Part shown: in pieces, positions 56,779 to 64,000 of the stretch | Position numbering within the stretch: the first letter of the stretch is position 1 | Layout: the number at the start of each line of letters is the position of its first letter | Source: a bacterium | Lineage (GTDB): Bacteria > Patescibacteriota > Minisyncoccia > Minisyncoccales > CG1-02-41-26 | Direction: 5' to 3' | Length of the DNA stretch: 64,000 nt | NCBI GenBank assembly: GCA_030603395.1 | Contig: JAUVXX010000005.1 | Location: forward strand, 885-64,884 | Notes under the pieces: model-generated | Databases searched by the model: none | What the model was told of the DNA's origin: nothing | The model's input: only the letters and a program-made list of their open reading frames with translations | Made by a program: the position numbers and the translations under genes

Positions 56779-57456
56779 ATGGACAAATTAGTTTTATTTG
56801 ATATTGACGGGACGCTTATTGGTGGAAAACATGGACACCCAAAATCTTTTGGTGATGCTATCAAAGCAATCCATAATATTGATTTTGAAGTTGACTGGAG
56901 AGACGTCCAAGGAATGACAGATCAGCAAATTCTAACAGAAGGTCTTCTTAAAAAAGGTATTTCTAAAGAAATTATTCAAGAAAATATGGATAAATACATG
57001 ATTGAAATGAAAAAATCTTTTAATAAAAGTATTGTAAATAGCACCATACATCTATTTGAAGGGGTTAAAGACTTAATTATTAAATTAAAATCCGGGGATG
57101 TGCTTCTTGGATTAGTTACGGGAAATTTAGTTTCAATTGCTCAAGCGAAATTAGAAAAATTGAGTTTGTGGAAATATTTTGATGTTGGTGGCTTTGGCAG
57201 TGACGATATAAGCAGAACTGTTTTGGTGAAATTAGCAATTAAGAGAGCCGAAGAGAATTTCGGCTTCAAATTTGATAACAATGTTTTTCTTTTCGGAGAT
57301 GCTCCTCAAGATATGAAAGCAGGAAAAGAAGCCGGAGTGAAAACTATTGGTGTGACAACCGGAATTTATTCAAAAGAGCAATTAGAAAATGCTGGTGCCG
57401 ATTTCCTGTTAGAAGATTTAAAAAATACAGAAAAAGTTCTAAAGATAATTTTGTAA
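56779..57456 (+). CDS. HAD-superfamily hydrolase (phosphatase)
   Basis: 225-aa ORF; DIDGTL motif I, VTGN motif II, GDAPQD motif IV. Confidence 0.8.
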   Translation: MDKLVLFDIDGTLIGGKHGHPKSFGDAIKAIHNIDFEVDWRDVQGMTDQQILTEGLLKKGISKEIIQENMDKYMIEMKKSFNKSIVNSTIHLFEGVKDLIIKLKSGDVLLGLVTGNLVSIAQAKLEKLSLWKYFDVGGFGSDDISRTVLVKLAIKRAEENFGFKFDNNVFLFGDAPQDMKAGKEAGVKTIGVTTGIYSKEQLENAGADFLLEDLKNTEKVLKIIL

Positions 57457-57457
57457 A

Positions 57458-58096
57458 ATGGAAAAAATTGAGGTGTCGACCATTACAAACATTGATAAAC
57501 TAAGGAGTGAAGAATTTGCAGATTTGATTCCTGAACTTTATGAACTAAAAGAGATTATTGAGAATGATGGTTATTACCACAACAATGATTCCATCTTTAA
57601 TCACACCCTAAGGGTTTTAGAAAAATTAGAAGAGTCATTAAAAAATGTTAAAGATAAAGTTTCTGATTATCTGGACCAGAAAATTACAAACCATACCCGA
57701 AAAGAACTTCTATTTTTAGCAACCTTACTTCATGATATTGGCAAAAAAGAAACTTTGGTAAAAGATGATAAGGGGCTAACTTCTTGTCTAGGCCACGCAG
57801 AACAAAGTTTAGTGAAAGCGGAAGAAATTTTACCACGTTTCGATTTATCTGAAGATGAAAGAGATTTGATCGGCCGGATGATTGAATCTCACATGCTTCT
57901 TTATTTGATTATCAAGCCCGATAACAATAAGCTTAATGACCAATTCCTTGAAGTGAGAAGAGAGCATCCGAATATATTTCTGGAGCTAGTCTTATTGGCT
58001 ATGACTGATATCTTGGGAACTCAGTTAAAGGAAAATAAACCAAAGGAATTTGATTTCGTCATAAACTTTTATAAAAAATTTTTAAATGAATACTAA
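57458..58096 (+). CDS. HD-domain phosphohydrolase
   Basis: 212-aa ORF; H...LLHDIGK HD motif. Confidence 0.7.
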   Translation: MEKIEVSTITNIDKLRSEEFADLIPELYELKEIIENDGYYHNNDSIFNHTLRVLEKLEESLKNVKDKVSDYLDQKITNHTRKELLFLATLLHDIGKKETLVKDDKGLTSCLGHAEQSLVKAEEILPRFDLSEDERDLIGRMIESHMLLYLIIKPDNNKLNDQFLEVRREHPNIFLELVLLAMTDILGTQLKENKPKEFDFVINFYKKFLNEY

Positions 58097-58160
58097 TTAC
58101 GAGCTTTTATAAACTTGAATATATTACATTTAGTATTAAAATAGAAATAATCAGAGACTT

Positions 58161-58718
58161 ATGATTGTTACAGATTTTCTTACAAAATTAATATCCTGGT
58201 TTTTTGCTCACGGCATAAAGATTGTCGGGATTTTATTCGTTGCTTATGTGGCAACGCGTTTGCTGAAAATTTTTCTTTCAAAATTTTTAAGAAATCTTGT
58301 TCAAAAAGGTTTCAGAACAGGGAAAGTCAAGAGTGTTCAGTTAGAGGAGAAAAGATTGGAAACCTTGGAGAAAGTCTCTTTCTCAATCTTGAAGGGTGTC
58401 ATCTGGATAGTTGCCATTTTAACCATCCTGCCGGAACTCGGAGTTAATATTGGGCCGCTTTTGGCTGGAATTGGAGTTGTCGGTTTGGCTTTGGGCTTGG
58501 GGGCAAGGAGTTTAATCCAGGATTATTTATCCGGACTTTTTATTCTTTTGGAAGACCAGTATCGAGTGGGGGAGGAGGTTGAAATTGGCGGGAAAAAGGG
58601 AATAATTGCCGATTTCAATTTAAGAAGGACGGTCATCAAAGATACCGAGGGAATTTTGCACTACCTTCCCAACAGCCAGGTAAAAATCGCCTCAAATCTT
58701 TCCCGGGGAAAAAAGTGA
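58161..58718 (+). CDS. MscS-family mechanosensitive channel, C-terminally short
   Basis: 185-aa ORF; TM helices and pore/beta segment LIQDYLSGLFILLEDQYRVGEEVEI...LPNSQV, then stop. Confidence 0.65.
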   Translation: MIVTDFLTKLISWFFAHGIKIVGILFVAYVATRLLKIFLSKFLRNLVQKGFRTGKVKSVQLEEKRLETLEKVSFSILKGVIWIVAILTILPELGVNIGPLLAGIGVVGLALGLGARSLIQDYLSGLFILLEDQYRVGEEVEIGGKKGIIADFNLRRTVIKDTEGILHYLPNSQVKIASNLSRGKK

Positions 58719-58802
58719 ATGAAAATAGAATAAAAAAAGAGCTCTTTTTTGAGCGCTTGTTTTCTCTCCAGGGCTTCCACTCCGGAGTTTTATTTTGGAT
58801 TT

Positions 58803-59858
58803 CTATTTGATTTTCTGCTTGGCTAAAATTTTCTGATAAACTTTTTCGTAATTGTCTACCATTTTTTCTACGCTAAAATTCTCCTCCACCCATTTTCTAC
58901 ATTCTCTTCGGTCTATCTGATCTATTTTTTTAATTGCTCGGACAGCTTCATTAATACTTTTGACGATAAATCCAGTTTTACCATCTTTAATTACTTCAGG
59001 AACAGAACCTCGGTTAAAAGCTATTACCGGAGTTCCGCAAGCCATTGATTCTGTCATTACTAGACCAAAAGGTTCTTTCCATCTAATAGGGTATAAGCAA
59101 CCTTTAGCTGAACCATAAAAGTCAGAGAGTTCTTTTTGGGATAATTCTCCTACATATTGAATCTGAGAATTTAGCTCTGGTTTTATTTCTTTTCTAAAAT
59201 ATTCTCTATGGTGAGGCTGAATCTGACCGGCTAACAATAATTTTACTTTTGCCTTTTTAGCAATTTGTATTGCTTCTTTTGTTCCTTTTTCCTCACAAAT
59301 TCTGGCTATCCAAACGAAATGCTCTTTTGATTTAGGATTAAATTTAAACCTAGAAATATCCATGCCGTTATAGACAATCCAACTATTTTTAATTTTTACC
59401 GGAGCATTTTTTCTCTCGGATTTAGAGATAAAAACGAGATTTAAATCGTTCTTGTAATGATTAAAAATTTTCCATCTCGGATCAATAGCGTTAGGGGTAT
59501 TGTGCATTGTCTGCAAAACAGGAGTTTTGACAATTTTTTGGAAAAATCCTCCAATTATTCCCCAGTGGCAGTGGATAATATCAAATTGGTTGGCTTTCTC
59601 AAAAGCTACTGAGTGATTGAAAAGATTAAACCAGTAATCTTGCCAAGCAACTTCTAAATGAATTAGACCCTTCTTTGTCAAAGGAATTAATTTAGCCTCC
59701 GTTTTAGAATTTCCGGAGGCGAATAAGGTTACTTCATGCCCTCTCTTAACCAACTCCTCGGTTAAAAAAGAAATAATTCTTTCTATACCTCCATATTTTT
59801 CGGGAGGAATTGGAAACCAGAGGGGGGCTATCTGAGCAATTCTAAGTTTTTTCCTCAT
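58803..59858 (-). CDS. family 4 glycosyltransferase (GT-B, glycosyl transferase group 1)
   Basis: 351-aa ORF; N-terminal PPEKYGGIER, C-terminal EPFGLVMTESMACGTPVIA (EX7E region). Confidence 0.85.
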   Translation of the reverse strand: MRKKLRIAQIAPLWFPIPPEKYGGIERIISFLTEELVKRGHEVTLFASGNSKTEAKLIPLTKKGLIHLEVAWQDYWFNLFNHSVAFEKANQFDIIHCHWGIIGGFFQKIVKTPVLQTMHNTPNAIDPRWKIFNHYKNDLNLVFISKSERKNAPVKIKNSWIVYNGMDISRFKFNPKSKEHFVWIARICEEKGTKEAIQIAKKAKVKLLLAGQIQPHHREYFRKEIKPELNSQIQYVGELSQKELSDFYGSAKGCLYPIRWKEPFGLVMTESMACGTPVIAFNRGSVPEVIKDGKTGFIVKSINEAVRAIKKIDQIDRRECRKWVEENFSVEKMVDNYEKVYQKILAKQKIK

Positions 59859-60904
59859 AGCAATTTTTTAATTAATTTTTCGTATTCATCTACCATTTTT
59901 TCTACGGTGAAGTTCTCCTGAACATGCTTTCTACACTCCCTTCTGTCTATCTGGCTGATATTTTTCATTGCTTCTGCCATCTCATTTTTATTTCGTACAA
60001 TAAATCCTGTTTTTTTGTCTTTAATTACTTCGGGAATAGCACCATTTGGGTAGGCAATAACCGGAGTACCTGAAGCCATCGCTTCTATCATTACTAAACC
60101 AAAGGGTTCTGGCCACTGGATTGGAAATAAAAAAGCTTTGGCATTCTTGTAGAGTTCTATTGCTTTTGAAAAACTAACTTCGCCTAAATAAACGACATTT
60201 TTATTAAGCAAGGGTTTTATTTTTGTTTCAAAATACTCTTGATTCTTAATTCTTCCAATAATGATTATTTTTTTTTGAGCAATCTTCGCTGCTCTAATTG
60301 CGTCTAAAGGGTTTTTAGCTGGGATAATTTTTCCAGAGAAAATGAAATAATCTTTAGGTTTTTTAGAAAGTGGAAATTTTTTTAAATCAATTCCATTATA
60401 GATTGTAGTTTGATAATTAAGATTTGGAAAAACGTTTCTTTGTCTATTTGAAATAGCAATTAAACGAGCATTAGACTCCCGGAAAACTTTAGCTAATTCC
60501 TTGAAAAGGGGTAAATGTAAAATATGAAAAACAGGGATATTAAGCAATTTTTCTAGAGAGCTAAACATTCCACCGCTGACAGTATGATTAAATATTATTC
60601 CGATTTCCTTCTTTTTTTTGACGACCTCCATCAACATGTTGGTTAGCATGCTTAATTCAATTCGCAATTTTCTTGCCATTTCATATTCCGGAAGAATTTT
60701 ATATTCAACTAGGGGTTTGGGTCCTACCGGAACCAGATCTGCTGAGGTGCGAGTGGATCTGGGTGCGAATAGTAAAACCTGATAGCCTTTTTTGATAAGA
60801 CCTTCTGTTAAATAATCAACCATCCACTCAATTCCACCCTGTTTTTTAGGAGGAATTTCATTACCTATTGGTCCCAAGATGGCGATTTTTTTTCTTCTTT
60901 TCAT
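59855..60904 (-). CDS. family 4 glycosyltransferase, paralog
   Basis: 349-aa ORF; EPFGLVMIEAMASGTPVIA; C-terminus near-identical in pattern to neighbours. Confidence 0.85.
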   Translation of the reverse strand: MKRRKKIAILGPIGNEIPPKKQGGIEWMVDYLTEGLIKKGYQVLLFAPRSTRTSADLVPVGPKPLVEYKILPEYEMARKLRIELSMLTNMLMEVVKKKKEIGIIFNHTVSGGMFSSLEKLLNIPVFHILHLPLFKELAKVFRESNARLIAISNRQRNVFPNLNYQTTIYNGIDLKKFPLSKKPKDYFIFSGKIIPAKNPLDAIRAAKIAQKKIIIIGRIKNQEYFETKIKPLLNKNVVYLGEVSFSKAIELYKNAKAFLFPIQWPEPFGLVMIEAMASGTPVIAYPNGAIPEVIKDKKTGFIVRNKNEMAEAMKNISQIDRRECRKHVQENFTVEKMVDEYEKLIKKLL

Positions 60905-61995
60905 TTTTTCTTTATGATTTCTTTGTATGTTTTTTCATAATTTTCAACCATCTTTTCTAAGCTGAAATTTTTTAAAACATGCTCTCGACAATCTCTCGGC
61001 TTTATTTTATCTATTTTTTTCAGAGCCATTTTCAATCCTCTAATTCCTGTTTCAGGCTTAACAACAAAACCAGTTTTTCCATTATGAACAAGTTCTGAAA
61101 CCGAACCGCTATCAAAGCCGATTACCGGCGTTCCACAGGACTGAGCTTCTGCCATCACCAAGCCAAAGGGTTCTTGCCAATTAACCGTCATCAAAAATGC
61201 TTTTGCCCTTTGCATAAGTTTGCTGACCTCTTCTTTCGTCAATGGTTGTTCAGCCGATATTGGTCCTATCCATTTTATTTTTTTCGATAAATAGGGCTTA
61301 ACGTCTCTTTCAAAAAATTCTCGGTCTTCAGTATTTCCTGATAACAAAAGCTTTGAATTGGTCTCTCTTGCTAATCGAATTGCCCATCTTACTCCTTTTG
61401 GATCTAAAAAATTTCCCGATTTATCTTTCGTTCTGCTTAATCTGCCAATCCATAAAAGATAATCTTCTTTTTTAAGGTAGAACTTGTATAAATTTGTATT
61501 TACTCCGTTATAGATTACTTTGTAAATTTTTGTTTTTTCGGCTAATTTTTTTGCTGCCTTAGAGATACAAACAAAATAGCTTTTTTTAAAAAGGGAAAGA
61601 GTTTCATCAAGTTCTTTGGTCATTTGGGCATGAATAGTGGTGAGAATCGGGGTTTTAATGTTTTTTTCAACCAGAAGAGGAATAAATTCTGGAAAGCAGT
61701 GATTGTGGATAATCTCAAATTCATTTCCTACTTTTTCAAGTATCTTCGCTGTCTTTGCCAAGAAAGAAGTATGAGCATAAAAAGGATTCTCAAAGGGACC
61801 CATTTCAACAAAAGCTCTCGGGATTACCGGAATAATTTTTGCTCTCGGCACAAAACTATTTTCGGTTCCCAAGATTGAAACTCTATGTTCTCTTTTAACT
61901 AAGCCAGAAACCAAATCAAAAATCATTCTCGGTCTGGCAGCAGTAATTTTTGGAGCAATTTCTCTTTTTAAGGGAGCTACAATAAGAATTTTCAT
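60901..61995 (-). CDS. family 4 glycosyltransferase, paralog
   Basis: EPFGLVMAEAQSCGTPVIG; start at MKILIVAPL (61995) preferred over 62016. Confidence 0.82.
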   Translation of the reverse strand: MKILIVAPLKREIAPKITAARPRMIFDLVSGLVKREHRVSILGTENSFVPRAKIIPVIPRAFVEMGPFENPFYAHTSFLAKTAKILEKVGNEFEIIHNHCFPEFIPLLVEKNIKTPILTTIHAQMTKELDETLSLFKKSYFVCISKAAKKLAEKTKIYKVIYNGVNTNLYKFYLKKEDYLLWIGRLSRTKDKSGNFLDPKGVRWAIRLARETNSKLLLSGNTEDREFFERDVKPYLSKKIKWIGPISAEQPLTKEEVSKLMQRAKAFLMTVNWQEPFGLVMAEAQSCGTPVIGFDSGSVSELVHNGKTGFVVKPETGIRGLKMALKKIDKIKPRDCREHVLKNFSLEKMVENYEKTYKEIIKKK

Positions 61996-62044
61996 AAGTC
62001 TATTGATGCAATGCAATTATTTTATCTTATCATAATTTCCTAAA

Positions 62045-62077
62045 ACAAAAAAGGGTCTTGTAATGAGACCCTTTTTC
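62045..62077. terminator. bidirectional rho-independent terminator
   Basis: A-run, agggtct-tgtaatg-agaccct, T-run. Confidence 0.75.
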
Positions 62078-62135
62078 GTTGGTTGCTTATTATTTTCGAA
62101 TAATTTTTTCTTTTTGCCAAGATTTCTGGAGTTCT

Positions 62136-63413
62136 TTACTTCTTGCCGTTGCTGTGATTCTTACCGTTCTTACCGTTCTTACCGTTCTTGCCATTCTTGC
62201 CATTTTTGCCATTCTGGTGGTTGGTGTAGGCTTTTTTATAAACCCTTATGTATTTTTGGGCAATTTTTTTCCAGGTAAATTTTCTTTCAACAGTTTGCCT
62301 GGCAGCTTCCCCCATTTTTTTTCTCAATTCATCATTTGCCAACAATTTATTTACCGCTTCGGCTATTTGTTGACTGCTTCTTGGTCTGACCAGGAATCCA
62401 TTTACCCCATTTTTCACTGCCAAAGGAATTCCCCCTTTTCTGGTTGCCACCACCGGGGTTTTACAACTCATAGCTTCCAAAATTACCAGGCCTAACGGCT
62501 CGTCCCAAACAGAAGGAGTAACAAGAACATCAGCTCGGTAATAAAATTCTTTAAATTCCTCTTTCTTGTCATCTCCCATATAGCCGAGAAAATGAACATT
62601 TCCTGCGTTGAGTTTATAGCTTAAGTCCTCCAGGTTTTTCATTTCTGGGCCGTCTCCAATAATATAAATGTGTCCCTTGATGTCTTTAGCCGCTTTTAGG
62701 AGATATTGAACCCCCTTTTGGGGAGTGAGTTTTCCGGAAAAAAGAATGACTTTTTTGTTTTTTAATTTGTATTTTTTATTGATAATCTTTATTTTTTTCT
62801 CCGGAGGAAATCTTTCAATATCAATACCGCCCGGAATAATCCCCATCTTATGAGAAAATTCTTTGCCAAAAGTTTCTAACAACCACCGCTTGGTGTCTCC
62901 GCTTACCGCCAATATTTTTTTTGCTCTTCCTAGAGCATCTTGAGATGAGGGAACAAAAACTTTATTCTGGGAAGCGGCTAAAATGCCTGTTCCGTGGGAG
63001 GTGACGATAAAGTTTATACCGTATAATGTTTTTATAAAATTTGTCACCCAGCTAAGCAAAGAAATATGCTGGACATGAATCAGGTCTGGCTTAAAATCAT
63101 CTACTGCCCGAACCACGCTTCTTAAAAAGAAATTAAAAACCTGAGATACCTCTTTCGGGGTGAGGTCTTGATAAAGCTTACAGACCGGCCATTCCGGGTG
63201 GCCGGTGAAAGCAACGGGAAAAGGTAGTTCCAAGGGATAAATTTTCAATCCGGCAATTTTTTCTTTACTTTCCGGGCAAACAATGGCTGTTTTTATCTTT
63301 TTGGCTTTGTTAATTTCAGCGGCTAATTCTCTGGTATAAGCTCCAGAACCACATCCCCACAAAGGAAAACATTGCAGAAACAGAACTTTATTTATTTTCG
63401 GCTTTTTAGCCAT
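62136..63413 (-). CDS. family 4 glycosyltransferase with C-terminal (NGK)6 repeat tail
   Basis: 425-aa ORF; EPLGLVILEAMSCKTPVVA; tail HQNGKNGKNGKNGKNGKNGKNHSNGKK. Confidence 0.85.
   Translation of the reverse strand: MAKKPKINKVLFLQCFPLWGCGSGAYTRELAAEINKAKKIKTAIVCPESKEKIAGLKIYPLELPFPVAFTGHPEWPVCKLYQDLTPKEVSQVFNFFLRSVVRAVDDFKPDLIHVQHISLLSWVTNFIKTLYGINFIVTSHGTGILAASQNKVFVPSSQDALGRAKKILAVSGDTKRWLLETFGKEFSHKMGIIPGGIDIERFPPEKKIKIINKKYKLKNKKVILFSGKLTPQKGVQYLLKAAKDIKGHIYIIGDGPEMKNLEDLSYKLNAGNVHFLGYMGDDKKEEFKEFYYRADVLVTPSVWDEPLGLVILEAMSCKTPVVATRKGGIPLAVKNGVNGFLVRPRSSQQIAEAVNKLLANDELRKKMGEAARQTVERKFTWKKIAQKYIRVYKKAYTNHQNGKNGKNGKNGKNGKNGKNHSNGKK
62160..62213. repeat. 6 x 9-nt tandem repeat encoding (NGK)6
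   Basis: cttaccgtt x3, cttgccatt x2, tttgccatt. Confidence 0.92.
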
Positions 63414-63459
63414 AATAAAACTATTTTAAAACCCGTTTATTCAACGGGCGAATATTCCT

Positions 63460-63487
63460 ATTGTACTCCTAGGAGAGGCAATGTCAA
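63460..63487 (-). promoter_or_regulatory. putative promoter of the 62136-63413 GT4 gene
   Basis: minus strand TTGACA (63487-63482), 16 nt, TACAAT (63465-63460); second TTGACATT at 63509-63502. Confidence 0.5.
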
Positions 63488-63515
63488 GAGTGAAGAGGTA
63501 ATGTCAATGGTTAAG

Positions 63516-63543
63516 TTGCACTCTGCGAAAAAAGTGTTAAAAT
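63516..63543 (+). promoter_or_regulatory. putative dnaG promoter
   Basis: TTGCAC (63516-63521), 16 nt including TGt, TAAAAT (63538-63543); 17-nt leader. Confidence 0.45.
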
Positions 63544-63560
63544 ACAAGCATCTTGATACT

Positions 63561-64000
63561 ATGGCGGACTCTCCAGTTCAACAAATAAAAGACAGGTTGG
63601 ACATTGTTGAGGTTATCCAGGGTTACCTCAAGCTTCAAAAGACCGGAGCAAATTACCGGGCTTTATGTCCTTTTCACTCGGAAAAAAAGCCGTCTTTTTT
63701 TGTTTCACCGGTCCGCCAGATATTCAAATGTTTCGGTTGTGGAAAAGTTGGGGATATCTTTAGGTTTATCATGGAAATTGAAGGGGTTGAGTTCGGAGAT
63801 GCCTTGAGAATTTTGGCTCGCCGAGCTGGAGTTGAACTAAAAACTTACCGGCCGGAACTTAAAACCCAGAGACAGCGCCTTTATGAAATCTGTGAATTGT
63901 CCTGTTGTTTTTTTGAAAAACAACTGGCAGGGAGCTCAACCGGAAAGAGAGTAAAAGAATATCTTTTGGAAAGGGGACTAACCGAAAAATCCCTTAAAAA
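63561..64000 (+). CDS. dnaG: DNA primase DnaG, N-terminal part (runs off window)
   Basis: own translation: MADSPVQQIKDRLDIVEVIQGYLKLQKTGANYRALCPFHSEKKPSFFVSPVRQIFKCFGCGKVGDIFRFIME..., the CHC2 zinc-finger signature; open to 64000. Confidence 0.9.
   Translation, partial: MADSPVQQIKDRLDIVEVIQGYLKLQKTGANYRALCPFHSEKKPSFFVSPVRQIFKCFGCGKVGDIFRFIMEIEGVEFGDALRILARRAGVELKTYRPELKTQRQRLYEICELSCCFFEKQLAGSSTGKRVKEYLLERGLTEKSLK

Noticed and set aside
60886-60893. A T8/A8 homopolymer at the 5-prime end of a GT4 gene as a phase-variation switch.
   Set aside because: A/T runs of this length are common throughout this AT-rich sequence. There is no evidence of contingency-locus behaviour.
62063-62495. Plus-strand ORFs (71 and 138 aa) with SYRSYRSYRS and Cys/His repeats.
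   Set aside because: They are the NGK minisatellite and the GT4 gene read on the opposite strand, so they are spurious.
56714-63413. A genomic island integrated at tRNA-Ser(GGA), covering the HAD, HD, MscS and GT4 genes.
   Set aside because: No integrase, no mobility genes and no distal copy of the 18-nt repeat were seen up to dnaG. The two repeat copies are only 46 nt apart, so only the scar itself is reported.

Overview
64-kb chromosomal window from an AT-rich, small-genome bacterium. I call about 60 CDS, 6 tRNAs and no rRNA. I see no CRISPR array, transposase, integrase or recognisable defence system. Compact housekeeping proteins, a secretin-less type IV pilus cluster, a cupin-type PGI and sparse metabolism suggest a Patescibacteria/CPR-like lineage; this is inference only. 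Gene blocks, left to right: PrsW-valS-tsaD (minus strand); tRNA-Glu plus a membrane GT2; recG; small accessory genes; tRNA-Arg and two tRNA-Ser; comF; a contiguous 10.8-kb pilus cluster (pilM through four minor pilins) running straight into ligA and a SEDS gene; rpoB-rpoC; ftsK; recA; rpsF-ssb-rpsR; a long minus-strand run (uvrC, DUF360, secG, orphan SBP, cupin PGI, tRNA-Leu, rnj, trpS, glmS, GNAT); uvrA; groES-groEL; a small ORFan/membrane cluster; Zn-ribbon-LemA-HtpX; tRNA-Ser; HAD, HD and MscS-like genes; four GT4 glycosyltransferases; the start of dnaG. Four observations stand out. (1) Short repeats, palindromes and GC-rich cores are inserted in frame in at least eight conserved genes (tsaD, valS, recG, pilD, ligA, uvrC, uvrA, ssb). 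One identical 31-nt repeat in tsaD is read in two different frames, and two inserts are bounded by perfect direct repeats. (2) tRNA genes abut start codons; the encoded CCA of tRNA-Leu shares its last A with the rnj ATG. (3) Many transcription-unit heads have a -10 box 6-8 nt before the ATG and no Shine-Dalgarno sequence, while three ORFan genes carry canonical SDs. (4) Several GC-rich structured intergenic elements are unexplained. All coordinates, folds and motif calls were made by eye; no database search or folding program was run.
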